Origin: a virus
DNA length: 64,000 bases
Virus record (IMG/VR): IMGVR_UViG_3300025417_000566
Span: 15,115 to 79,114 of that record
Reading direction: 5' to 3' (one strand)
Numbering within the stretch: the first letter of the stretch is position 1; every line of letters starts with the position of its first letter. The translations under genes were made by a program, and so were the position numbers. The notes beneath the pieces were generated by a model. That model was not told the DNA's origin. It was given only the letters and a program-made list of their open reading frames with translations, and ran no database searches. Shown piece by piece: positions 24,301-31,943 of the stretch.

Positions 24301-27300
24301 CACAAGTACAAGATTGGCAGTCTAGTGCATACTACGGCGCATTCTTTGCTGGTAGTTATCGCAACAATGAAGACTTCTCAAGTTCAGATGTAAGTTTAGA
24401 AAGTACTACACCTCCTATTCAATATATTACTGCGGCTTCAGGTGGCGGCGTAGTATTTGAAATTAGTGATGTTACAAACGATCAACAAGTTGAATGGTCT
24501 TCATTTGTAAGATATGTTGGGGCCACAGTAGCATCTAACAATTCTATTAAATTGATTCCACAAGATGGAAACAATGATCCTAACAATCCACAGCCAAATG
24601 CTTCTGGTACAACTGTTGGTTTCTATGTTGGTATGCCAATTCAATTTAATGGAGTGGGCATTGGTGGACTTGTGGGTTCAACTACAAGTACCCCAGTAAT
24701 TTACTATGTACATAGCATTATTGATGAATTATACTTTACAGTATCATTATCAGTAGGTGGTCCTATTGTAACATTAACATACGCAACAGTTGGAGCCGCA
24801 GGCTTAGAATGTTTAACTGCAAGTGTTACAAACACAGCAGTATTGACTGTAAACTACCCAGGTATTATCACAGTTACAAATACTACAGCAGTAACTAATG
24901 TATTCACTGCCCCAGTATCAGCAATTGGTACAGGTGGTACTAATGGATTCTATGTGGGTATTCCATTATTCTTCACTGAAGGTTTAATTGGTGGTGTTGT
25001 ATTAAATCAAGTTTACTATGTTTCAACAATTATTGACGAAGAAAACTTTACAATTTCTTCATCACCTACGCCATTAAGCACTACCGTTCTTTCTACAGCA
25101 AGTTCAACTAATATTGTAACTGTTTATACTACAGAAGGTATGAAGGTTAACGATCCATTAATCTTTAACAACATGGTGATCAGTGGTAGTAGTGTAACTG
25201 ATTTTGGTAACATTATTTCAGGTGTAACTTATTACATTAAAGAAATTATTAATTCTACAGAAATTACAATTTCTCAATATGTAAACAGTACTGTATTCCC
25301 ATTAACAACCGTGGCTGCAAGTAGTACAACAAGTGCATTGGTAACTGATCAAAGTTCTAGCACACAGTTGACTACTGGTTTAGGCGCAATGATAATGAAT
25401 GTCAATTTACCAATTAGCCCAGGACAAATCAATGGACAATTGTTTAACTTGTATGAAACATCTGGACAATATCCTAATATTGGTACAGGTGTTATCAGTG
25501 AATTAATTGGCAACACAGTTAATGCTACAATTCAAACTGTAAATTATGTTGCATTTAGTAACCAACAACCAACTCAATTTATGTATGCTAACATGCCAGT
25601 TAGATTTAATACTTCAATTGGTGGATTAAGCACAAACACAACTTACTACATTAAATCACTTGGTGTAATTTCTGTAAACTGTACAACTACAAGTTCATCA
25701 ACCAATCAGATTACATGTAATAGTACATCTACATTGTATGTTGGCATGCCTATCAAATTCAGTGGTGTGTCATTAGGTGGTATTACAATTGGACAAACAT
25801 ATTTTGTTAAATCTATTGTAGACAGCACACACTTTACAATTAGTGCAACGTCAGGTGGTTCAACATTAGTGTTGTTCACATCAAACGGTGAAATGGTTGG
25901 TACTGGCGACCCGTACATGGTTGTTTCTGCAACATTGGGCGGTAGCGCAGTATCATTAACATCAAGTACAGCAAGATCAAGTTTTGTTCAATATCCAACT
26001 GCTAATCCAACATTTGATATTTCTTATGCGGTTGGTGGATATATTGCAATCATTAATTCTGCGGCATCTGGATTTGCAGTTAACAACGTAATCACAATTT
26101 ATGGATCATACGTTGGTGGTACAACACCTACTAATAATGTGACATTGACAGTAAACACAATTGGAACTGACGGACAAATCACTGGCGTAATTGCATCAGG
26201 AACTGTACCGGCAAGTTCATCAAGTTACTATCTAAAAGTCGTATCTCCAAATCAATTGGCAGTTTACAGTAATCCATTGTTGACTGTTCCTGTAAGTGGA
26301 CTAGACATACCTTATGTTGGATTCACAGTTGAAACAGTTACAGGTGTTAACTCATCAACCAATGCATTGACAATTGCAGATACTACACAATTCTCTCAAT
26401 ACGATGCGGTTGTGTTTACTGGCAATACAAGTATTGCACAAACTAATATTGTTCCTAACCAAACATATTACATTTATCAAATTCTAAGCCCAACAACATT
26501 TACAATTTCTACTGCACCAGGTGATGGTTCTACTGTAGTTACTATGGTAACTACAATCGCCGTAAACTTCACAATGGCAAAAGCAGGAAGTTTTGCAGTA
26601 TTACCTCAACCGTTCTACTTCAATCAAAGTATTGTGAAGTATAACAACAGAATATATCAATGTATTATTTCTAACAATGATAGTGAATTTATCTTTGGTA
26701 AGTGGCAGTTGTTAGACAGTGATAGTAATTTATTAAACGCTATGGACAGGGTAATTGGTTACTATCAACCAACTGCAAACATGCCAGGTGTAGACTTGAC
26801 ACAGTTGTTTGAGGGTGTAACTTATCCTAACTCGACATATTATGGTAATCAATTTGCTCCCGCAAATCAATATCCTGTAGATACAATTCTACAAGATCAA
26901 CCATTCTATCCAACAGAAGTAGATATTACTAGCGTAATTTGGAATGGCGCAACATACTTAGCAACAAGTAACTTACCAACATATTCGGCAGTATTGATTA
27001 GCCCAGATGGTATTAACTGGAGTATTGATACACTGGCAAATATTAATGTTGACATTACAGATATTCTTTATGCAGGTGGTTTCTATGTAATCACAACTAC
27101 AAATAGTGCAACACCTATCTATAGAAGCAATGACGGTATCAATTGGACAACAAATGGTTACTATACCCCATATAGCGATCAACCATACGATACTACAGAG
27201 TATGATTCAACATCAATCAACGTAGCCCAACTTGCATTGCAAGCAGTAACATATTCAAATGGATATTATATTGCAGTTGGTGACAACATTGTTAGAAGTG

Positions 27301-30300
27301 CAGACACATATAACTGGGTAGAAGTTCCAATCTTCCCTAACACATTAACAAGTTATGAGTTCTATGCAATTGCAAACGTTACATTGCCATCATTTACTGG
27401 ATTAATTGCAGTGGGTAGTGGTCTACGTCCTGACGTAACGTCAGGTGTTACTGAGCAAGTAAGCACTAATGTAATATTCTATAGTACAAACAATGGATTA
27501 AATTGGACACAAGTTAACTCATTAACACCAAATGGATTCTATGGAATTGCAGGCAACAACTCATTAATTCTTGCAGTTGGTTCAGGTGGTGTAATCTATT
27601 ACAGCACTAACGGTGCAAGTTGGTTAGGTCTAAATCAAGTTCAAGTGATTTCTATCAATGCCGCAACTAACGTTATTAACGTAACTAATAGTGCTGGATT
27701 TGTATTAAATCAACCTGTGCGATTCAGTCAAGCGTTTGGTGGTCTAAGCACAAATACAACATACTATATTGTAAGTATTACCGGCGGAGCAATTAAAGTT
27801 TCATTAACACCAAGTGGTTCAGCAATTGTATTGACAAATGTAAACCCAAGTGCAGACCAAACAATGATGTTTGCGTATAATTCTGCTAACCCAAATCCAG
27901 CAACGTTGCGTGATATCATTTATGCAAATGGTATTTGGATTACAGTTGGTGATACTGGTACTATTAAGACATCTACAAATGGATTTAGTTGGACTACACA
28001 ATCATCAGGTACTGTACAAAACTTACACTCAGTAACTTATAATAATACAACAAGCACATTTACAGTTGTTGGTGATAATAATACTATTTTAGAATCTACA
28101 AACAACGGTGTGTCTTGGTCAGATATTTCTGTATTCAATGTTGCTCCTACTGTATACGATGTACAGGGTGCAGAATTCCCATATGGTTATGGTCCAGAAG
28201 AATTAGTTCCAGGTGTTGTAACAGACAGTATGGCTATGACAGTTATTACACGTCCTGGTACATTGTGGCCAGTAGTTGAATATTCAAATGCAGGTTATAA
28301 TTCTGTATCATTAGAATTGACACCAACATCAGCAAGCCAAACTGTATACAGTTTTGCAAGTGCATCGCATTATCCTGCACAAGTTCGTGTGCAAGTACTT
28401 GATTCAACTACAATGTTGGGTACAACATTAGATGCAAGTGCATACACAGTTGATTGGATTAATAAGTCAATTACTCTTAACACTCCGTTGTCATACTTAC
28501 CAAACACACAAAAATTAAGAATTGATGTATATGAAGTTGGTAACGGTAGTCAATTGGTTAAATCTAATACTGATACTAACCCTATTAGAAACAACACAGT
28601 AACAGGATTTGATGAGATTTACTTAGATTGTAATTACAGCCAAAACATTTACAGTGGTAGCGGTGTGATTCAACAAGGTACATACCCTATCAACACATTA
28701 GCAACTGAAACTTTTGCAGAAACTAACTATATTACATGTGCAAGTATTAGTAATTTCATATTGAACACACCTATTACATTCTTAGGTAATGTGTTCGGTG
28801 GTATTGTTGCTGGTACACAATACTATGTAAAATCAATTAGTACTGCAACAAATCAAATTACAATTTCAGCAACATACAATAGTGTAACTGGTCAAGCAGG
28901 CCCAACCCTTGCATTGACTACTGCTACAGGTAGTATGGACGTTGCGATTGAAGTAGGTAACGGTCTTGTATGGACAGCACCAATTGTTTACTTAAACGGT
29001 ACACAATTGGTAATGGGCGTAACAAACAATGTTATTGCTACAACAGCAGGAACTAATGCAATCACAACAAACTCAACAAGTGGTTTGATTGTTGGCACTC
29101 CTATTATGTTCAGTAGCACAATTTTTGGTGGTGTCATTCAACCATTGACAACATACTATATTAGTAGTATTATTGATATATATGACATTACAATCAGTGC
29201 AACTTTAGGCGGACCGACACTAGCATTAACTAACGCTAACGGTGGTGCAAGTTTTGTAACTAATGATTATGCGTTTGGAATTCAACCAAATGGCATCCAA
29301 GCAAAAATGATCTTTAGTAGCAACACATATAACACAACAAATGATTATATTGTATATTCTGTATTTGGTCAAACTGAACCAGTGCAGATTGGTTATTCAT
29401 TACCAACTGTACAAGAATTCATTGCAACAGGTCAAACATCATCTTATAACCTAAATAACTACTTAGGTGGAACAAATGCATACAACGCAATTGTTGAAAT
29501 TGATGGTGTAAGACAAACTATTTCTCAGTACACTATTAGTGAATTTGCTAAAACAATTAACTTTGTATCTAACCTATCAGCAGGTTCTAAGATAACTGTA
29601 ACAACGTTTAATGACACACAACAGCAATACCTAACTACTCAGTATGGTATCACAGGTACCCCTGGCTCACAATTTATTGATCTAACTGTTGGTTCAACAA
29701 CTCACACTGTTGTAACATACGATCAAGGTGGCACAGCGGGCTTTGATAGTAATGGTTCTGTAAACGCTGGATCATTTGTTGTTGGAACACAATATGAGAT
29801 CACTACAGTAGGTACAACCAATTGGGTAGCAATTGGTGCAAGTTCTAATAACGTTGGTATTGTCTTTACTGCAACTGGTGTAGGATCAGGTACTGGTGTT
29901 GCATTAGCAGTTGGCTTGTATGCAGAAAATTATAACTACTTAACATTGTCATCAGGAACAACAGCATCATTACAAGTCAATAACAGTTTGGTGTTCAGTG
30001 ATGTTATTGGTGGAATTGTTGCTGGAAAAACATATTATGTTACACAGATTATTAACAGTACACAATTTGTAATTTCTGAATTAGTAGGAGGAGAACCTTT
30101 AACGTTAACAAACGCCACAGGCTCAATGTTGGCTACAGCAAATGGATTAACAGTAGCCCCAATTAGTAACATTTCAAACCAATTAACAGCACCTCTTGCA
30201 GTTACATTTGCTAGTGCTACAACATCAGGTACTAACGCAATTACAGTAACAAGCACAAATGGATTTGTTGTTGGTAGAACTGCAATATTCCAAGGCACAG

Positions 30301-31772
30301 GCTTTGGTGGTATTGTAACTGACGGAACAGTATACTTTGTTGATACCGTAATTGATGATACTAATTTCACAATTATGGATCAATATGGTAATCAAATTTC
30401 GTTGTCAAACGGAAGTGGCGACATGCAAGTCACAATTGATGGACAACCTGCAATTCGTGTAACTACAAGTATTGATAATTATTTTAATGAAAATCAATTG
30501 GTCAACATCAATGGTACACAGGGTTCAGTACAACTCAACGGTAACACTTATTATGCAAGAATAATTACTAATACAACCTTTGACTTATACACACAACCAT
30601 ATGATCCATCAATTAATGCTGTTAACTACCCAGTAACTACAGCGGCTTCTTGGACAGGTGGCGGATATGCTTGGAGATCAGGCGTGTTTGTACTGTCAAC
30701 TACAACAGCAACAGCAACAACTTCAACTAATAACATTATTACTGTAGCAGACACAAGTAATTTGGTACAAGGTACTCCGATATTATTCAATGAAATTGGA
30801 TCAGTGCCCGGTGATGTAATCATGGGTGGACTAGTACAGGGAACAACTTATTATGTTGGAAGTATCTTTAACGGAACTGAATTCAATGTAACAAGTTCAC
30901 TATATGGAAGTACTGTAACGTTGACCAACGACAGTGGTAGTATGAATGTGGTACAATGGGTACAAAGCAATGTAGATCGTCTATGGGTAACTGTAAACGG
31001 CTTACGTGTACCTTCAAGTAACTTAAGTGTAAACCAATACAATGAAGTAGGTATTCTAACAGAGATTGTTCCGGGTGATGAAGTTATCATTACTAACATG
31101 ATTCCACAAGCAACACCTAATGAATTGACATACTTGAATCTAGTAAACACAGTGGGTGAGGCAGTTGTATACAGAGCCAACACACAAACTAGAACTTGGT
31201 TAACTCAACCAATCTATGATTTAAGCACAACGATTTATGTTAACGATGTGACTAGAATCACAACTACAATTACTGAAAATGCAACTGTACCTGCTGAAGT
31301 TGACGGATACTATTATGTTGGATTGAACGCTAACAAGAATAGTATTTCTAGTATCACAGTATTTGACACAACTACAAATAGTTTGATTAATTCTAGTGAG
31401 TATGAACTTGTTATTGTAGATACTGCTCCTCAGATTAAAATCAATGGAACAGCAGTTTCAGCAGGAAATTCATTAGTTATTACTATTTTAGAAGGTAATG
31501 TAATCTTAGTTAACGGAGAACAAATCAAGTTTACTACTGTTGATTTTGTTGCAAATTCAATTTCAGGTCTACAACGCGGGGCAAATGGAACTGCAAGACA
31601 GCCGTTTATTCCAACTTATACTGAAGTATACGGATTATTACCAACTGGCATGTTGTCTAATAATTACTATAATCAGACTTGGAATTCATACGTTTACAAT
31701 CAAACTTTGGGCGATCCACTGCAAATTAGTAACACAGTTCCTGCAGAATTCTTAAATACGGATGTTACCTAA
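12345..31772 (+). CDS. Giant (6475 aa) modular baseplate/virion structural protein (gp7-like wedge scaffold with FG-GAP propeller, BNR-like propeller and ~15 small beta-domain repeats)
   Basis: One uninterrupted ORF following gp6. N-terminal RTLNFLPEIFQT and internal YLNEVKPYH motifs as in wedge proteins. About 7 FG-GAP-like blades at ~19490-21610, SxDGxxW BNR-like repeats at ~26920-28130, and repeated GG.....YY(V/I)..I....F.IS units. Confidence 0.7.
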   Translation: MANTNRVRTLNFLPEIFQTTSNQQFLSATLDQLVNPPNLQRIQGYIGSKFGYGVNPNDYYVTEPTKTRREYQLDPGVVIKKTNENTAKDFITYPGILDALNLQNGVTNNNNRLFNSQFYSWDSFTNLDKIINFNQYYWLPFGPPSVTVASQTVYSTEQYVVTSLDNGYNIRIASAETGEINPTLTLLRGGTYTFLVDQDTQFWIQGQPGVTGYSPTQTNLYTRNVYGVENNGATQGYVTFTVPAADAQNEYQFPASGVNLDLVCTTPFSQINGQLLSTIGAIDGVTSLQGLQIMFYNTGIPNETGYVQTYYSETSYDTNDNTLVQPLTISVNQTAANVFTLASGTNASLNVNDTITFNNPTFGGVTAGSVYFINGLVGTTGFTISATLGGSILTLTNATGLMTANTNQGLLEEGYYTTVANNFYTVEYVGDPANPVIRLIPSGVIPTNQTITPAFGVQYNNLPFYRNTVGTIAEVPYISAPLNTLYYQDGTNADSVGVIKLIESNLSNTINVTTDILGQKTFTSTNGVVFTNGLKVSFDGDVIPTSYLSGEYYVEGVGTAIELIPVNSLICPEGFTEAVYNPYDSTNYDIGNWDLTDFVPVLPDYITIARNSINKNAWSRSNRWFHIDVINATASYNNDPTILTIYASATAKAQRPIIEFYPNLQLFNSGIIGKQAVDFFDTRTTDALTQVADQQNYYPDIQVYSTYTATVAGVTNATSTTITINASAVTGTLQQYQYITDSTNLLPRNSQIQSIALNNGVYTLNVSWQNATTFNTTTVASIVASDTTVNNYALFSGARVIFSADPTVSNTIFVVNLSTLTTGSTPVITMTPAEDSPCLTNEQVAVLRGYYHQGESYYYTGTSWDLAQEKTNVNQAPYFDMFDSNGVSFGDPSVYHSTTFTGTTLFQYGVGIGSIDTVLGFPISYSSIDNQGDIQFDVTLNSDTFNYVNGATPITENINTGYVYNYTVDRTLFRQLGWQTAVAPSVQYQYFEIPYSPATTTYTCDIAALTGTAATDAVWPVVQVYIDNVYQSPTSYTYTVGTNSTTIVLPQQPSTATLVQILLLSNQVSTTGYYQIPINLSNNPLNTNITVANVGDIRNQYQSIFYNNPNTTGQVFGPNNYRDLGDIVPYGTAIIQNSASLVLPGALLRVPDHNLFNALLYNSREYVNYKQLIVSTVSNTNFTQTYNPAQILDIALAQITQSKSPNQSFFWSDMIPSQAPYRSNIYTFNNALDTSIYPLSQVYNFETANYNGVLVYRTTKINDYQTVTEQLIKGQDYTVSTTAPSLEVTIELNAGDTITINEYNQTYGSYAPNTPTKLGLYPAFVPEVVLDSDYYTPTYFIKGHDGSFTKLYGEYINGVLQDYRDQALLEFETRVYNNLKLSNTIPIQAYDLIPGYFRQGTQQYSNQEWLEMYSTNFLNWIGQNRLNYKTQYYNTNDPFSYNYTNSGNKLDSTPIQQGYWRGVYQYFYDTTTPNETPWEMLYYPNQPSWWTERYGPAPYTSDNLVLWNDIANGVRWEDGVPVTVPELARPGLLNILPVDSAGNLVSPFVSIVGNYNPNTFQKDWVVGDDGPTELSYRRSSTWPFDFMRLQALMKPAEFFNLGVWVDNYKYNAEFNQYLVNDRSHLVPNEIPVYGSGTAVTSYLNWIVDFEKQQGIDATTNLTTLFNNLDVRLVYRLAGFSDQNQLAFYVEKASPNTTSSSLLIPNESYNILLYDNQPFDRIPYSSVVVQQNDGYYTVFGNAQQFAYFTVLNPVYDGQTYAIDIQSAKVKVAKNYSTKETIVPYGTSFYSTQELAQFLTSYGAWLQDRGMIFQDIQNGLEVTWNQMVAEFLYWSQTGWGTGSVITLNPAATLLTIDKVDCVVQPLTIQDQNFVLNQNLYPIQLKDMCIERNDTQFTLHALNQGDAFSYAQFDLGNFEHGIVFDNTTQFNDTIYNLVTGLRQIRINVRGAKTADWNGTVNAWGFILNQDNVQEWSPNLKYTKGQIVLYKNKYWVAQRVIEPTATFNQQNWKETNYNAVQIGMLPNPSTRSFESALYYNTNVSNLSQDANLLSYSLIGYRPRDYLATADLTDVTQINVYQNLIKNKGTRNAVNAFQGVTLPQGGISYNVYENWAILQGEFGGVANNNFVQFRINQANMTGDPSIFSLTNGVYTPGSMQEIPIYSLYNYKHNIDNPNILLTTNDAEPSTTNIYPDAGYVNFNDVKMSSYFYSGLPRATDITGQIVPIQNFYVRDYVWLANFLNTWNVYSLKPIGQVIQVRNNLNKTATITFAEPHGLSKLQPLAIVNFANNVDGYYIVTQVVNLNEVIINLNVATANQNTLTGQGIGLIFETQRAATPSEIGLLDLTEADFITNTVWVDENTDGNWAVYQKTINYQYNQQLEKPYATNFGTAVSYSPEMGYLVSDAPQGNVYRYVYDPLSSQSTGQPVYDISQTLTGGTSFGTTIVHQNNIYAISEPTSGTPKVYIYALNDSTVSTAAILYQTIAAPGGVTNWGSALAMSGDNNWLYISDIANNNVYVYRREQVLLNAGYFVTGQTYTIQSIGTTDFTAIGAVANDVGITFVATGAGTGTGTALQVTYAQSTVISGSSTAGSVSGDNFSASLSTDYYGQTLFVGAPDVNYSSTIENWGSAYAYQRTVQNVEAQQTSVAGQIQSFTLGWTPTAGATRTASATNGSTNYITCNAAMTGFAVNQAVVFNGSNFANCGIKPNVVYYIAGISGSTISIKTSRSSTTPVQLTTASGLSFGVYVQVDPLYVTVNGTLVQDNNYGVIGNQFVYSGALQAGDIINISDNQYTLVQNFNSQFNDRTGIHYGYAMDMNTFGTEVLVGSPFEINDTTGEEGATYRYTNVGAKYGVIIGTSVCNLLSSQYLFINGYLLFLTAGDATSIANQINSSKITNVQASVTTDGMLVIQVIDSEIAQPNNQLSISVVNEDVLDQLGLDVFVNTQVLVSPYAVGPTEFGTAIKFNESGSVVISAPVGTRYEFTSFDFTDNGTPDLDTVFDNNATRFVDSYPNAGAVYMYDYLGNYNENVANPGQFVFAQSVNSQNTSYGFNPLYGASLDFNNNTVVVGSPDFLPGVSDGQVVIYDNSVGTQDWGIYRQSAPIVDINSISNSQLFSATSNNTLVNLDYIDPLQGKILGSVRQNLDFVTNTDPARYNSDLASQTGYVWGANEVGKTWFNTNNVRFVNYHQNDVVYNSKYWGQVFPGSDVAVYTWVASNVPPQNYQGPGTPLDITLYAISSTLNASSVVVPIYYFWVRNTNLIFSETGKTLSDTILAQYIANPRGSGISFMAPVLPNTFAVYNSLSYFNGTDTVFNIAYSSNQDSGSDIYHQQFALIKENYAEDFLPGFPQYAYISSALSEPNGLYLRFINSLAGCDDAGGVVPDPYLPIQVQSGVQVRPRQSFFLDRFLALKNYLTFANEVLAQYPIVELRENLDFLYTVGDINPGTGLPYYDTTNYWEFVNWWAPGYSDNTRSVLQVPLYADLATLNVSAGTIVTVAQNGAGKFEVYITDGLGNWTRIGLQQGTIQFSSALWDYSSAGLGWDGNFFDTNVFDLYPSEETRYIVRALNEQIYTADLLIYRNQSLILLFQYIQSETTSSQNFLPWLNKTSLVDVDHKIRELLPLEVYQGDNEVFLEGYLNEVKPYHVTIKQFSFSYTGNDVFEGNITDFDLPAQWNNTYQEFISPELVYTLPNNEYEYLPSSSIWQTEAYNQWYQNYGVSLTGQDNYNITTLVSYLTPSSKYIIVDNANGFPINGTITIDGEQIGYSSVDRALNQLSGLVRGYNSTVVTNHIPGAKIYIDLPAVLLLSGGNGYSNPPRVTAVIDETLYPAPRTPAVLEAVMNLDSVLEINVIIPGSGYPVLPTIVIEPSSTIYFANTQVNSVLHTITVYAPDLVTGSQVQYFNDTSTNNGVGELADGQWYYINVLETTPTAVVALYVTYSDAINDANRIPIFNNGTGSAFSLNLGARASAISTAYPVRENSIRMKFDRTTYNSQVQDWQSSAYYGAFFAGSYRNNEDFSSSDVSLESTTPPIQYITAASGGGVVFEISDVTNDQQVEWSSFVRYVGATVASNNSIKLIPQDGNNDPNNPQPNASGTTVGFYVGMPIQFNGVGIGGLVGSTTSTPVIYYVHSIIDELYFTVSLSVGGPIVTLTYATVGAAGLECLTASVTNTAVLTVNYPGIITVTNTTAVTNVFTAPVSAIGTGGTNGFYVGIPLFFTEGLIGGVVLNQVYYVSTIIDEENFTISSSPTPLSTTVLSTASSTNIVTVYTTEGMKVNDPLIFNNMVISGSSVTDFGNIISGVTYYIKEIINSTEITISQYVNSTVFPLTTVAASSTTSALVTDQSSSTQLTTGLGAMIMNVNLPISPGQINGQLFNLYETSGQYPNIGTGVISELIGNTVNATIQTVNYVAFSNQQPTQFMYANMPVRFNTSIGGLSTNTTYYIKSLGVISVNCTTTSSSTNQITCNSTSTLYVGMPIKFSGVSLGGITIGQTYFVKSIVDSTHFTISATSGGSTLVLFTSNGEMVGTGDPYMVVSATLGGSAVSLTSSTARSSFVQYPTANPTFDISYAVGGYIAIINSAASGFAVNNVITIYGSYVGGTTPTNNVTLTVNTIGTDGQITGVIASGTVPASSSSYYLKVVSPNQLAVYSNPLLTVPVSGLDIPYVGFTVETVTGVNSSTNALTIADTTQFSQYDAVVFTGNTSIAQTNIVPNQTYYIYQILSPTTFTISTAPGDGSTVVTMVTTIAVNFTMAKAGSFAVLPQPFYFNQSIVKYNNRIYQCIISNNDSEFIFGKWQLLDSDSNLLNAMDRVIGYYQPTANMPGVDLTQLFEGVTYPNSTYYGNQFAPANQYPVDTILQDQPFYPTEVDITSVIWNGATYLATSNLPTYSAVLISPDGINWSIDTLANINVDITDILYAGGFYVITTTNSATPIYRSNDGINWTTNGYYTPYSDQPYDTTEYDSTSINVAQLALQAVTYSNGYYIAVGDNIVRSADTYNWVEVPIFPNTLTSYEFYAIANVTLPSFTGLIAVGSGLRPDVTSGVTEQVSTNVIFYSTNNGLNWTQVNSLTPNGFYGIAGNNSLILAVGSGGVIYYSTNGASWLGLNQVQVISINAATNVINVTNSAGFVLNQPVRFSQAFGGLSTNTTYYIVSITGGAIKVSLTPSGSAIVLTNVNPSADQTMMFAYNSANPNPATLRDIIYANGIWITVGDTGTIKTSTNGFSWTTQSSGTVQNLHSVTYNNTTSTFTVVGDNNTILESTNNGVSWSDISVFNVAPTVYDVQGAEFPYGYGPEELVPGVVTDSMAMTVITRPGTLWPVVEYSNAGYNSVSLELTPTSASQTVYSFASASHYPAQVRVQVLDSTTMLGTTLDASAYTVDWINKSITLNTPLSYLPNTQKLRIDVYEVGNGSQLVKSNTDTNPIRNNTVTGFDEIYLDCNYSQNIYSGSGVIQQGTYPINTLATETFAETNYITCASISNFILNTPITFLGNVFGGIVAGTQYYVKSISTATNQITISATYNSVTGQAGPTLALTTATGSMDVAIEVGNGLVWTAPIVYLNGTQLVMGVTNNVIATTAGTNAITTNSTSGLIVGTPIMFSSTIFGGVIQPLTTYYISSIIDIYDITISATLGGPTLALTNANGGASFVTNDYAFGIQPNGIQAKMIFSSNTYNTTNDYIVYSVFGQTEPVQIGYSLPTVQEFIATGQTSSYNLNNYLGGTNAYNAIVEIDGVRQTISQYTISEFAKTINFVSNLSAGSKITVTTFNDTQQQYLTTQYGITGTPGSQFIDLTVGSTTHTVVTYDQGGTAGFDSNGSVNAGSFVVGTQYEITTVGTTNWVAIGASSNNVGIVFTATGVGSGTGVALAVGLYAENYNYLTLSSGTTASLQVNNSLVFSDVIGGIVAGKTYYVTQIINSTQFVISELVGGEPLTLTNATGSMLATANGLTVAPISNISNQLTAPLAVTFASATTSGTNAITVTSTNGFVVGRTAIFQGTGFGGIVTDGTVYFVDTVIDDTNFTIMDQYGNQISLSNGSGDMQVTIDGQPAIRVTTSIDNYFNENQLVNINGTQGSVQLNGNTYYARIITNTTFDLYTQPYDPSINAVNYPVTTAASWTGGGYAWRSGVFVLSTTTATATTSTNNIITVADTSNLVQGTPILFNEIGSVPGDVIMGGLVQGTTYYVGSIFNGTEFNVTSSLYGSTVTLTNDSGSMNVVQWVQSNVDRLWVTVNGLRVPSSNLSVNQYNEVGILTEIVPGDEVIITNMIPQATPNELTYLNLVNTVGEAVVYRANTQTRTWLTQPIYDLSTTIYVNDVTRITTTITENATVPAEVDGYYYVGLNANKNSISSITVFDTTTNSLINSSEYELVIVDTAPQIKINGTAVSAGNSLVITILEGNVILVNGEQIKFTTVDFVANSISGLQRGANGTARQPFIPTYTEVYGLLPTGMLSNNYYNQTWNSYVYNQTLGDPLQISNTVPAEFLNTDVT

Positions 31773-31774
31773 AT

Positions 31775-31782
31775 GATAAATA
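31775..31782 (+). promoter_or_regulatory. T4-late-like promoter (GATAAATA)
   Basis: In the short gap after the giant gene, 5 nt before the ATG at 31788. Confidence 0.45.
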
Positions 31783-31787
31783 AAGAA

Positions 31788-31943
31788 ATGAACAATATTA
31801 AATCAAAAAGTCAAGGAAATCAGGGTAAAAAACAACCTCCTACCAAACCTAACGAGCATGGTGGGTTCTACTTTTCCTCTAGTGTAAAGATTTTTGATCC
31901 AAATAGTAAACAAGTTTTGGTACAGAAAAGAGGGGATGCTTAA
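31788..31943 (+). CDS. Small 51-aa protein (not in ORF track), similar to the N-terminus of the next gene
   Basis: MNNIKSKSQGNQGKKQPPTKPNEHGGFYFSSSVKIFDPNSKQVLVQKRGDA*. It fills the gap exactly, and its TAA overlaps the next ATG. Confidence 0.7.
   Translation: MNNIKSKSQGNQGKKQPPTKPNEHGGFYFSSSVKIFDPNSKQVLVQKRGDA

Noticed and set aside
12345-31772. Inteins, introns or stop-codon recoding in the giant ORFs
   Set aside because: No intein splice or homing-endonuclease motifs were noticed. Genes tile the window under the standard code without interruption.
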